A stretch of DNA of 33,787 nucleotides, taken from positions 24,989,778 to 25,023,564 of the forward strand of contig NC_068987.1 of the NCBI RefSeq assembly GCF_001194135.2, given 5' to 3'. This stretch comes from Octopus bimaculoides (Eukaryota). The translations under genes and the position numbers were made by a program. The number at the start of each line of letters is the position of its first letter. Within the stretch, counting starts at the first letter, position 1. Shown one piece after another: positions 1-11,047 of this stretch. The notes under the pieces are model-generated. The model searched no databases. It was not told the DNA's origin and saw nothing but the letters and a program-made list of their open reading frames with translations.

Positions 1-163
<163 letters not shown>

Positions 164-164
164 T

Positions 165-958
165 ATGACTGTCTTATTCAGAGAAATGAAAGCCAAAGTC
201 ATCACAGCATGTTTGAAGCACCTTAAACTTCTCTTGAAATCAAGACTCAACGCAAGGAACCTTGTGATTGCCATCAACATATTGGCTGTTGCTGTAGTCC
301 GCTATAACGAGCCCGTTCTTAAATGGACATGATTGGCATACGATAGATTGGCATCAACAGTGAAAGAAGAAACATGGCAGAATATTTGGTAAACAGCGAA
401 CAAGACCAACTACAGTATGCTGCTAATTCAAAAGGGTTTATCAACAATGGACTTGAGAGTGTTAATGAATTCCGATCACGTATAGCCAACGAGAGAGAAA
501 AAACTCTATTCCGCATGGTCAGTTCTACCGTGAAACTAACAACTGAAAAGATCAGGAAATACCATGCAGGTAGCTCAGCAAGGGTGACCTTAAAAAAGAA
601 AACTGAAATCCTAATCATAGCTGCCCAGAACCAGGCATTGAATACCAACTCAGGGAAAAAGGTTCGTTGCCACACAAATGCAACGAACCTCTGCAGAATG
701 TGTGGTAAGAAGGTCGAAAGCGTGACTTTGCTCCTATTATCATCGGAGCATTGGGTTCAGTACCATCCAACCTGAAGAATCATCCGGAACCTTTAGAAAT
801 ACCTTACAACCTAACCCCTACAATAACAAAAATCAGCTTTACTTGGAACAGCACGCATATTGCGTAAAGTACTGTTCGTCTTGTCAGACAGTACAAACCT
901 CAGGTACACACAATATCTTCAATCTACATCTCAATATCGGATACTGTGCAACGTCTTC
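165..958 (+). mobile_element. Decayed R4/Dong-like (RLE-type) non-LTR retrotransposon fragment: post-RT region, truncated zinc knuckle, 3' end
   Basis: Translates to REMKAKVITACLKHLKLLLKSRLNARNLVIAINILAVAVVRY, then AAQNQALNT and CRMC, then jumps to GALGSVP..L and ILRKVL. The endonuclease region is deleted, frameshifts are present, and both ends abut microsatellite. Confidence 0.8.
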
Positions 959-1029
<71 letters not shown>

Positions 1030-1062
1030 TAATAACAACAACAGCAACAACAATAATAATTA
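959..1062. repeat. (AAT)n microsatellite grading to (AAC)n
   Basis: Direct reading. Source of the poly-I and poly-N ORFs. Confidence 0.97.
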
Positions 1063-2283
1063 TAAAATACGAAAATTGTTGACAATGCATATAATGCGCC
1101 ACCCAAAAGCAGATATAGAACGACTTAACCTGTCAAGAAAAAGGCTTGGTCGTGGACTTTTACAACTGGAATTAACAATGAAGATTGCCACAGTTGGCCT
1201 AAACATCTACCTGAAAAACGCTGATGACTAGATGTTAAAACTTGTTTTAAAGCCGGAAAACAAGAAAGCATCCTACTCAGTAACAAAACAGACAAAGAAA
1301 TATCTAAAGAATTCCAAATACAACAAATCCCAGAATTAGACTACTAGAAACAAGCAGAGAAAAAGCTAAGCTTATGAAAACTCATGCTAAAACTGCTGTC
1401 TTAGATAGTCTTACTGAAAAATAGCAAGGAAAACCTCTCAATGGCAAATACCCAAAGAGAGTTAATAATACCGATGTTGACAGAGCCCTTACCCATCAAT
1501 GGTTAGTGTCCTCTGCCTTAAAATCAAAGACAGAAGGGTTTCTCATAGCAACCCAAGACCAATACCTACCGACAAGGAGCTACCAGGCCAACATATTAAA
1601 GAACGGCTGTAACCCAACTTGTTGTCACCATTTGCTGTCTTCTTGTGCCTACATAGTATCTCAATAGGCATGATAGAGCAGCACGGTATATTACTGCGTA
1701 ATTTGCAAAAACTTGGACCTTCCCCATGATAAAAACAGATGGGAATACAAACCACCTCCAATGCTTAAAAATGACCACATCTTACTCCTCTGAAACTTCA
1801 CCGTTCAGACTGACAGAAAGATAGCTGCGAATAGGTCAGACATTATATTGAAGGGCTTCAGACAAAGATCATGCCTCCTCATCGATATGACTGTTCCGAT
1901 CAATATAAATGCATCTATCAAGATCTACCAAAAACTGAGAAATTATAAATATCTTGAAATAGAAATTGGCAAAATGTGGAATCTCAAGAATAAAACAATA
2001 CTTGTTGTCATAGGTGTCCTAGGAATGATAGCGAAAGGAGCTGATAGCTACCTAGCTCAGATATCACGAAATCCCAAAATGGCTGGAATTCAAAAAATAG
2101 TACTCATGGGAACTGCCCATATGCTACGTAAAATATTGTGTATGTAATCTCAAATTTTAAAAACAAACTTTAATGATTTTCTTATGTTTTCTTAAACATT
2201 CTCTAGAGCAATACTTTGCGCAAAACCAAATATATGCACCCTAGTCATAACACCAACTTGAACTTCTAAATTATTGTCTATTG
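1063..2283 (+). mobile_element. Second, 5'-truncated and decayed R4/Dong-like retrotransposon with RLE endonuclease domain and 3' UTR
   Basis: KIRKLLTMH..HPKADIERLNLSRKRLGRGL; KTEGFLIATQDQYLPTRSY; TDRKIAANRSDII..CLLIDMTVP..KYKYLEIEIGKMWNL..VVIGVLG..KIVLMGTAHMLRKIL (PD-(D/E)xK-type RLE). Several stops and frameshifts. Confidence 0.88.
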
Positions 2284-2284
2284 A

Positions 2285-2346
2285 GGCGAAATACTGTTAA
2301 GAATTTCGTCCAGCGTGCTAACATCTTTGTCAGTTCGCCACCTGCC
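2285..2346 (-). mobile_element. SINE family B 5' head fragment
   Basis: Reverse complement GGCGAACTGACAAAGATGTTAGCACGCTGGACGAAAT matches the head of the copy at 19015. Confidence 0.6.
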
Positions 2347-2377
<31 letters not shown>

Positions 2378-2390
2378 TGATGATGATGAG
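2347..2390. repeat. (AAT)n to (GAT)n microsatellite
   Basis: Direct reading. Confidence 0.95.
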
Positions 2391-4101
2391 GATAAAGAAT
2401 TTAAAAAAAATTAGTGCAAAATAGTTGAATTTTAAATTTGTATGTTGTTCTCGATCAACAGTTATTAAGCTATGTTCAAACGCGTTCCAGCTGTAACTGT
2501 CAGCTTGTGTTGGTTATTTTTTTCAGACAGAGGGTATCAAGGACTGAATTACACAATCTAACTTGATTTTAAAAAGTTTTCGTAGATTTGGGGCTGCTTT
2601 TACCAACAAGTATAGACCTCATCGCGGATATAGTATACTTCTTGTTAATTGAATTGGATTGCAATTATCTCTAGATTGGAAGGTGTAATACCAGAGCATA
2701 CAATATTTTGAGATCTCAACGCAAAGGATTCTGGATTGTAAATCGAAAAAGAAAAAAACCCAAAAGAAGACAGATTTTGCACAGCACATTCCAATAAGAC
2801 TACCATTATGATGATGTTATTTGTCAAGAGGCTGAAAATATTGCTGTGCACTGTAACATGGAAAATCTAGCTGTCTAATATGCCTGGTTACACTAGACAT
2901 ATTCGGTAGCAGGGTCTAAGGGTAGAAGATTCAAATAGGATCTAGAAATATAAGATTGAAATAGGAACTTGAATGTAGAATCAAGATACCTTTCATTCAC
3001 TATTTTGCTCTAAATATCGAACATGAAATGACTACAGGAAGCAGAAGTTCAGTAATTCAGCTACAATAGAATTTAGTAGAACTTTTAAAGCGTGAGTGAA
3101 ATATTTTACTCAACCTGTCAGTGGTCAACAAAACAATCTGGTTGAGGATAGCCTCCACCATGTAAAATGCATTCTAGGCTTCTTTAGGAAACTGTGATGA
3201 CTTTGTAACAACTGTTTCATGCAAAAGATGAACTTTATACTTCATCACAATGCAGTTACGGACCCATTGATTTCTTTGACAAGTGAATTAATTAAAATGA
3301 TTTTTATCAACCAATCAACGTTTCATATTCTGTGTACTTTTATGTGTTTTCCTAATCAGTACCAAAATATTTTACATATTGATGCCCAAAGAATAACTTA
3401 ATCTTCACAGATTACTGTCCGAAGAACAGAGGATTCTACATATCTGGATAACTAGGTAACAGAATATCGTAGTAAATAGTTCGGCTAGTCTTTGTATATA
3501 AGATGCAACATCACATATGTGAACATTTCTATTCTAGGAAAAGTTCTACGCTGTTACGAATACACAGCATGTGATATGCATACTCGTATGCATTTGCATA
3601 GGAGTTTATATGCTTTCGTACATGCATACTTGAACATACATTTGTCCGTACTCATACACATTTCTCAACGTTGGAATAGATCTTACTTGTGACGACATTT
3701 TGTATGTCTCACATTGAGTTTAGTCAACTTACTAATTTCAAGCAGGAAATATATCCGCAGTACATATTTTCTATGATATAATTCTGTATCGCTAAAGGTT
3801 AGAAAAATTTAGTAACAGACCTAAGTTTAAAAATTTTTTTTTTATACAGATATTTCATAATGTGTATCATCTCCATTCTATATATCACAGAGAACGGGGG
3901 TGAAGTACTTATTACATGTCATATTTCATGGAATGTAATATTTCAAATCCTGAAAACACAATTCTTAAAATGTTAATATTATTTCAGCAAAGAACCGTTA
4001 CATTATTTACCGCTTACTTTAAGGGAAATACACAGAAAATACTCTGCATACAGATTTGAAAAACGAACAAACAAACAAACAAAAAACTATATATTATTTA
4101 C

Positions 4102-4251
4102 CTTTTGGTTTTGAGTAATACACCGCCATAAAACCCCGACTGTGAGCTGACCAGTTCGCCGAGTACCAAATCAGCATTCTGTTAGTAGAAGAAACTATAC
4201 TAACAGTTTTCGGTCCACAAAATTGACCAATCATATTATCTGTTTCAATAT
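4102..4251 (-). CDS. Multi-CUB gene exon e10 (150 nt, phase 1-1): C-terminal part of the 4th CUB domain in the window
   Basis: Acceptor ttttctcatcggcag, donor AAG|gtaaat. Peptide DIETDNMIGQFCGPKTVSIVSSTNRMLIWYSANWSAHSRGFMAVYYSKPK carries the CUB signatures FCG, S..N.M.I and RGF...Y. Not in the ORF track. Confidence 0.92.
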
Positions 4252-4351
4252 CTGCCGATGAGAAAACAACGATAATGTAAAGAATAAGAATAAAGTGTAA
4301 TGTAGAGAATGTTAGAGCATTAATACAACCATACGAGTATTGATACAGACA

Positions 4352-4600
4352 TACGAGGGGATACCCAAAAGAAACTGGAATTTTGCAATATTATTGTATT
4401 CACTTAGTTTTACGTTTATACTTTTATCACCTTCAAATTATTCTCTATTTGCATCAATGCATCGGTCCTGGCGCGTTTTCCACTACTCGAAGTAGAGCGG
4501 GAACTTTCCCGAAGGGATGTCTTTTAATGCCTCCTTCGTTTTTTTTTTCTTCGCCTCTTCCACATCTGCAATTTCTGTAGCACCAGCTTTCGTCATCAGT
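4352..4600 (+). mobile_element. Mariner-like transposon end fragment
   Basis: Begins TA-CGAGGGGATACCCAAAA, typical of mariner TIR starts. No matching right end found. Confidence 0.4.
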
Positions 4601-4663
4601 AATGACCTTTAAAAAAAGTTCAGCCACATTGGGAAAAGGAAACGAACTAAGTCAATTACTTAT

Positions 4664-5051
4664 TGTTTGTTTGTTGGCACTCCATCGCTTACGACGTCGA
4701 GGGTTCCAGTTGATCCGATCAACGGAACAGCCTGCTCGTGAAATTAACGTGCAAGTGGCTGAGCACTCCACAGACACGTGTACCCTTAACGTAGTTCTCG
4801 GGGATATTCAGCGTGACACAGTGTGACAAGGCCGATCCTTTGAATTACAGGCACAACAGAAACAGGAAGTAAGAGTGAGAGAAAGTTGTGGTGGATGAGT
4901 ACAGGAGGGTTCGCCACCATCCCCTGCCGGAGCCTCGTGGAGCTTTAGGTGTTTTCGCTCAATAAACACTCACAACGCCCGGTCTGGGAATCGAAACCGC
5001 GATCCTATGACCGTGAGTCCGCTGCCCTAACCACTGGGCCATTGCGCCTCC
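4664..5051 (-). mobile_element. tRNA-derived SINE family A, full length, tail type 1
   Basis: Head GGAGGCGCAATGGCCCAGTGGTTAGGGCAGCGG with B-box-like GGTTTCGATTCCC. 11-bp TSD CAATTACTTAT at 4653-4663 and 5052-5062. (ACAA)n tail. Confidence 0.9.
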
Positions 5052-5061
5052 CAATTACTTA

Positions 5062-5702
5062 TAAATATATAAAAAAAAACATCATTATTCATAAGAAATA
5101 ATAATATTAGTGGCCGCAAGCATAAAAACCGTATAGGGAAATTACTAAATATACATAGAAAATATTTATAATTAGGGTACTAATTGGCCTCAGAGTATTT
5201 CATGACTAGTATTTTAGGCAAAGCTACTGTTTCTTAGTACCCTGGTTATATATATTTTATATATATTTATTTATTCATTTTCCTGTACGGTTTTTATACT
5301 TGCGGCTACTAATAATGAATAATGATGTTCTTTATATATTTAAAAAATAATTGACTTAGTTCGTTTTTCAATGCCGCTGGGAACCTCAAACGAATACAGG
5401 CATTGTGAAGTAAATTACCAGTATTGTTACGAGTAGAGAATCAAGTGCTTTTTGGCACTAAATTCGAAATCATAATACCAAGTTAACTGCCATTCTTTTT
5501 ATAATTTTTGCCGGGGTGAGATACAATTCTTATTCACTTGTTTTTTTTTCTACCATGCCTGTAAAAATTTTGTGATAATTCTTAGTGCTTCTTAGTACCC
5601 TAATAATATGTATATTTTATATATATTTATTAATTTGTCTATACAGTTTTTATGCTTGCGGCCACTAATATTATTATTTCTTATGAATAATGATGTTCTT
5701 TT
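5062..5702. repeat. Foldback (arms 5062-5183 and 5234-5342) plus a third, direct copy of the right arm (5592-5702)
   Basis: AGGGTACTAA/TTAGTACCCT, GTGGCCGCAAGCATAAAAAC and CATCATTATTCAT recur in inverted and direct orientation. Confidence 0.85.
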
Positions 5703-8079
5703 GTACATATACATGTACATATACGTATGTATATATGCACATATATATATATTATTTATATTATTATATGATTGAACGCCACGCATCCTCTTCCAAGTAA
5801 GTTTTATCTTGATAATTCTGATGCGCACATTATACGATCTTTTTACTCTTTGTTTTTCTCTTTCCCTCATTCTTTTACCTCCACTTCTCCCACTATTCTA
5901 TCCTATTACTCTCTCACTCTCTCTCCCTCACTCCTCCTCCCTTGCTCACGTGGCTCCCACGTGACCATCGGGCATCTTTCTTTCTCTTCGTTGTAGCTGA
6001 AACAAGGAAGACGTGTTCTTGTTTGTCTCCTGTCCTAGCTTGATTTACGCGTTCGTCACCACAAACTCGTTTAGGCTTAGAAGCCCTTCCTGTTTGTTTT
6101 CACTGTCCTGTTTGTCTTACCTATTTTGACCCTCCGCAAAATCCCAAATTTTATTTAATTTGTTTTGCGGCAGCAGGTGTTTTATCGAAAGCGTATATTA
6201 TTTTTAAATGCTCGAAATGCGAGACTAGAAAAACAGCCACCAACTTTATGTTGTTTGTTTTGTTTTCCATTTGTGTCTTCCGTTGTTCGAAAGCATAGCT
6301 CATGGTCCATGTAGTCGTGCTTCGTACTTTTTTGTTGTACACATTTTATGACGTCCTGTGCTCACATATGAATATGTATATACGTATAGATGTAAGTATA
6401 TACATATACGTATATATATATGCATATATATATATATATATATANNNNNNNNNNNNNNNNNNNNNNNNNNNNNNNNNNNNNNNNNNNNNNNNNNNNNNNN
6501 NNNNNNNNNNNNNNNNNNNNNNNNNNNNNNNNNNNNNNNNNNNNNNNNNNNNNNNNNNNNNNNNNNNNNNNNNNNNNNNNNNNNNNNNNNNNNNNNNNNN
6601 NNNNNNNNNNNNNNNNNNNNNNNNNNNNNNNNNNNNNNNNNNNNNNNNNNNNNNNNNNNNNNNNNNNNNNNNNNNNNNNNNNNNNNNNNNNNNNNNNNNN
6701 NNNNNNNNNNNNNNNNNNNNNNNNNNNNNNNNNNNNNNNNNNNNNNNNNNNNNNNNNNNNNNNNNNNNNNNNNNNNNNNNNNNNNNNNNNNNNNNNNNNN
6801 NNNNNNNNNNNNNNNNNNNNNNNNNNNNNNNNNNNNNNNNNNNNNNNNNNNNNNNNNNNNNNNNNNNNNNNNNNNNNNNNNNNNNNNNNNNNNNNNNNNN
6901 NNNNNNNNNNNNNNNNNNNNNNNNNNNNNNNNNNNNNNNNNNNNNNNNNNNNNNNNNNNNNNNNNNNNNNNNNNNNNNNNNNNNNNNNNNNNNNNNNNNN
7001 NNNNNNNNNNNNNNNNNNNNNNNNNNNNNNNNNNNNNNNNNNNNNNNNNNNNNNNNNNNNNNNNNNNNNNNNNNNNNNNNNNNNNNNNNNNNNNNNNNNN
7101 NNNNNNNNNNNNNNNNNNNNNNNNNNNNNNNNNNNNNNNNNNNNNNNNNNNNNNNNNNNNNNNNNNNNNNNNNNNNNNNNNNNNNNNNNNNNNNNNNNNN
7201 NNNNNNNNNNNNNNNNNNNNNNNNNNNNNNNNNNNNNNNNNNNNNNNNNNNNNNNNNNNNNNNNNNNNNNNNNNNNNNNNNNNNNNNNNNNNNNNNNNNN
7301 NNNNNNNNNNNNNNNNNNNNNNNNNNNNNNNNNNNNNNNNNNNNATATATATATATATATAAACGCAACAAGCAAATTAGCTACATATAGGCGATGAAGC
7401 AGTAACTATACTGAGAAGTAACGTTCATCGCGTCTTAAACATGACTGTTCCGTAGGATCCGACGTTACTGCTATTTTGAACCTCTGAAGGACGCCTCTTC
7501 CAGCTGGTTATTCGATGCAATCTGAAAACAGCCATGCTTAAATGGCAATAAACATTGCTTCTCAGTATATTTACTACTTTTATCTCTTAAGGAGATTTTC
7601 TCATCTCGCTAATTTGCTTGTTGCAAAATCAGTGGCTGTGTATCACTTATTTTCTGTATAACGCGAGCTGGAGTGAACTACTGCTATCTCTAGCAGACGA
7701 GTATCCTCCACCGTATATGACCACAAAAATGTCGAGAACGTACGGTTTGGTGCTATGGTGTCTGGAATATGATAGGGGTTCACTCTCCTGCTTGCAATAT
7801 ATATCGGATGCAGATTGTAGCGAATTACCAGCTGGAGGATCAAAATAACAGCAAATTCCCTTTTTCAGAATGTAGTGACTCTGGGTCTGCAGAAACATGA
7901 AGTCTGCTTCGGACGACGCGGAGTAAAGTGGGTACTAATATAAATTCTAATGACGCAAGTTATTTAAATTAAACATTCTGGTTCATTTCATCAAATATAT
8001 TAGCATCGCTTTTACTATTAATTTTCCTTACAGTTGGCGTTTCTAAGTATTTTAAGTGCATCAATAGCTTGATATTTAC

Positions 8080-8213
8080 CTGATACATTATCATAGACCC
8101 GAAGGGCTGCTTCTCTGCAATTGTAAGACTGGGGCATTCCAGAGTAAGCAAGCTCAAGAACGATAACATCATTCATTTCCTTTGCCATAACAATCCATTG
8201 AATATTCATAGGA
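8080..8213 (-). CDS. Multi-CUB gene exon e9 (134 nt, phase 2-1): middle of CUB4
   Basis: Acceptor gctttttgtttag, donor CAG|gtaaat. Peptide IPMNIQWIVMAKEMNDVIVLELAYSGMPQSYNCREAALRVYDNVS (inside ORF 8018..8278). Confidence 0.88.
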
Positions 8214-8324
8214 CTAAACAAAAAGCAAAACATGACTATGTAAAACATGGCTATGTAAAATATGACTATATAAAACAATTACAACAATAACAAGAACAGT
8301 TACAACAAAAACGATAGGTTCTAA

Positions 8325-8505
8325 TTTAGGCACAAGGCCAGTAATTGTCTAGGTAAGTCATTAGTCGATACTATCGCGCCTAGCACTTGACCGGCACTTT
8401 ACTTTGTCCCAAGGCGGGATGAAAGGCAGAGTGACCTCAGAGGGATTTGAACTCAAGCGTAAGTAGGGAATGCTAGATAAACAATTCTGCCAACTTGCCC
8501 CAATA
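8325..8505 (-). mobile_element. Degraded SINE family B copy, 5' end abutting (AAT)n
   Basis: Reverse complement contains GAGTTCAAATCCC, CTGCCTTTCATCC and GGCCTTGTGCCTAAATTAGAACC, matching family B body and tail. Confidence 0.7.
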
Positions 8506-8565
8506 ATAATAATAATATTTTAAAAGGATTGACGTAACTCTTCACAAAGGCAAATGTAGGTTTTC

Positions 8566-8638
8566 CGTACGCGTGGTACTCGAACCCATACCTCTTTGTT
8601 TACGAGACCAAGTGGGCTACCGATGACACTAGTGAACC
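8566..8638 (-). pseudogene. tRNA-Thr(CGT)-like pseudogene or tRNA-derived unit
   Basis: GGTTCAC-TA-GTGTCATCGGTAGCCCAC-TTGGT-CTCGTAA-ACAAA-GAGGT-ATGGGTTCGAGTACCAC-GCGTACG. The anticodon loop is CTCGTAA, and the stems are mismatched. Confidence 0.6.
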
Positions 8639-9084
8639 TACCTGCATTCTTTTGTCAGATTTAAGAACTCTAATTAGTTCGTAGTTGGTTTTTGTAAACA
8701 AACTTTCATGTGATTTTACTGCGCATGGTTTGTCAAGCAGTGTCGATTTTTACAATTCTGTAAAAAATAATAACAGAATTTTATAAGCTTAACACTAATT
8801 AGCGATCACTGCACAATGACTAAAGAAAATAGTCACGCGTACGGAAAACTTACTTTTTTCTGTCGGGGGCTTATATGCTCCATTATTAGATTATTTTCTT
8901 TGGTCATTGCACGGTGATCGTTATAAACTTTAAGCTTATAAAATACTAATATTATTATTATTTACAGAATTGTAAAAATCGACACTGCTTAAAAAACCAT
9001 TCGCAGTAAAAAAAACATGAAAGTGTGTTTATAAAAACAACTACGAATTAAATATAGTTCTTATATGTGATAAAAATGCCAGTT

Positions 9085-9156
9085 GGTACGCTAGTGTAAT
9101 CGGTAGTACACTTGGCCGCGTATACAAAGAGGTCTGGGTTCGAGTCCACGCGTACG
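9085..9156 (+). pseudogene. tRNA-like unit, second copy
   Basis: Acceptor GGTACGC/GCGTACG pairs 6 of 7. A-box-like TAGTGTAATCGG and B box GGTTCGAGTCC. Anticodon arm degenerate. Confidence 0.6.
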
Positions 9157-9299
9157 GAAAGCCTTCTTTCTTTCTGTTGAGGGGGTGGATTTTATATGCC
9201 AAATTCTTAGACTATTTTTTTTAGTCATTGCACGGGGATCACTTCAAGATCATAAAATACTATTATTATTATTTATAGAATATATATATACACACACAG

Positions 9300-9331
<32 letters not shown>

Positions 9332-9398
9332 AAATATATATATCTAAATTGAGGGAGCAGGGCAGATAAAATCCAGTTTGCATCTTATAATCCCACTC

Positions 9399-9448
<50 letters not shown>

Positions 9449-9633
9449 GTGTGTGTGTGTCTATATATATATATATACCAGTTGCATCCTCGTTACACGA
9501 GAAAAGCCATTGCCAAGAATACTTTACTGAAATGATTCATGATTGTTTCCAGGTGATGCCCTTGTATGACTTTTAAGCCCGGCCATGCTTTTACACATTT
9601 TATTACATATTAGACACAAAAAAAATGCAAGTT

Positions 9634-9699
9634 AGTTCGCTAGTGTAATCGGTAGCACACTTGGCCACGTAAACAAAAAGGTGTGGGTTCGAGTCCCAC
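9634..9699 (+). pseudogene. tRNA-like unit, third copy, 3'-truncated
   Basis: D arm GTGT/GCAC and perfect T arm GTGGG-TTCGAGT-CCCAC. The 3' acceptor strand is replaced by (TA)n. Confidence 0.6.
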
Positions 9700-9756
9700 A
9701 TATATAAATATGTGTGTGTGTGACTGATCACCATGATTGATCGCTAAACCTTTCTG

Positions 9757-9913
9757 ATTTTCTCTCTCTGCGTATTTCTATGTTCCTTTCTGTTCAAGAG
9801 CGTAGGCTCGAAACGTAAAAGAGTTTCTCACTTCCCGAGCGTTAAACTAATACATCTATTTGTTGTTTACACACCTATCTTCGTCTTTTGCTTTGTTTTC
9901 TTGTAAATTTCAA
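9757..9913 (+). repeat. Interspersed repeat family D, possibly derived from a Penelope-like element
   Basis: Inverted homolog at 10796-10950. Shared core GCGTAGGCTCGAAACGTAAAAGA. Confidence 0.7.
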
Positions 9914-9936
9914 CTATATACATATATATATATATG

Positions 9937-9988
<52 letters not shown>

Positions 9989-10245
9989 TACATACAGAGA
10001 GAAAAAGAGAGGTATTGGTCGCTAGGTATTAGTCGACCCGGTACAATGGAAGACACTTGCCGAAGGTGTCGTACATGGGACTTTACACGAAACTCCTCAA
10101 TTGCAAAGCAAACTTTTTAAACTCAAACGCACGCTTAACTTTTAATAATTGATGTGGTTAATAATATTTCTTGATACATTGTATTTGTTTCTGTAACATT
10201 ACTGTATTGTCATATTGGAGAATCGTAAATCTGAATTATACTTAC

Positions 10246-10336
10246 ATGTCAGTTTGGTTGAAAAAATCTGGTGATGTAAAATACTGTTTCTCATCATCAG
10301 CCACCATATATGAATCATTATATAACTCAAGAGTCG
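10246..10336 (-). CDS. Multi-CUB gene exon e8 (91 nt, phase 1-2): N-terminal part of CUB4
   Basis: Acceptor ctttctgttttgctag, donor AT|gtaagt. Peptide PTLELYNDSYMVADDEKQYFTSPDFFNQTD; YFTSPDF parallels YFASPDF in e2. Confidence 0.88.
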
Positions 10337-10638
10337 CTAGCAAAACAGAAAGTTATTAATGAGTGATTATATGTGAGGAAAATTCAACATCTGCATGTAA
10401 ACTGTGTAATAAACTCAGCAATGACTTATATAAACATATCGTAACGACCTTCTTGCAAATTTAACGATATCAATATTTATATGACCTAACGTTAGAGCTA
10501 TAATGCGTGAGGCACTGTGTCCACACGCGCACACACAACCACGCACATACAAGCATAAGGAACGCCCTACGAACACCTAAGGACAATAAACAGAAACACA
10601 GGCGAGCGCACATAAATATATCATACACATGCACACGC

Positions 10639-10669
<31 letters not shown>

Positions 10670-10795
10670 ATCCAAATAAGAAGACGAAGAAAGAGTTCAT
10701 CACAACTTTAATGACCACTTACAATTGTTTATGGGGCAAATCTGTTTCCAACCATATGGTTACGAAACGATCAACCGGCTATATTACATAGATGC

Positions 10796-10950
10796 TTGAA
10801 ATTTACAGAAAAACAAAAGACGAAGACAGATGTATGAACAACAAGCAGGTGCATTAGTTTGACGCTCAGGAAAATGAGAATGTCTTTTACGTTTCGAGCC
10901 TACGCCCTTCAACAGAAAGGAATATGGAGAAATAAACAGAGAGAATAAAA
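10796..10950 (-). repeat. Interspersed repeat family D, inverted copy
   Basis: Reverse complement aligns by eye to 9757-9913 over about 150 bp. Confidence 0.7.
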
Positions 10951-11003
10951 TATATTATATATATACATGCGCATGCATATATATGTGTGTATATATATGT
11001 GTC

Positions 11004-11047
<44 letters not shown>

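Larger units (their letters stand above)
8562..9290. repeat. 313-bp tandem unit containing a tRNA-like sequence: about 1.4 units on the + strand preceded by one inverted unit
   Basis: ACGCGTACGGAAA at 8835 and 9148 (period 313). 8562-8834 is the reverse complement of about 8889-9160. Confidence 0.88.

Noticed and set aside
165-300. Element 1 begins at about the protein position where the 17192 element ends, suggesting one split element
   Set aside because: Opposite strands, 17 kb apart, separated by intact collinear exons, and no evidence of a shared TSD. Treated as coincidence.
6302-7397. Long ORFs of 200-390 aa here and at 10967-11960, 21271-21973, 22367-23575, 24879-25240, 25996-26751 and 28577-28957
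   Set aside because: Artefacts of N-gaps translated as X, plus TA/CA microsatellites.
7643-7898. Minus-strand ORFs and possible acceptors between e9 and e10 (for example DPESLHSEKGNLLLF*)
   Set aside because: They stop in the required phase or lack CUB motifs, and e9 joins e10 cleanly.
9790-9830. Hammerhead-ribozyme-like core (CTGTT[C/G]A-A-GAGC-GTAG-GCTC-GAAAC) in family D
   Set aside because: Both copies break the CUGANGA core and I cannot draw stem I. At most a dead relic hinting at Penelope-like ancestry. An Rfam or RNAMotif search on the family consensus would settle it.
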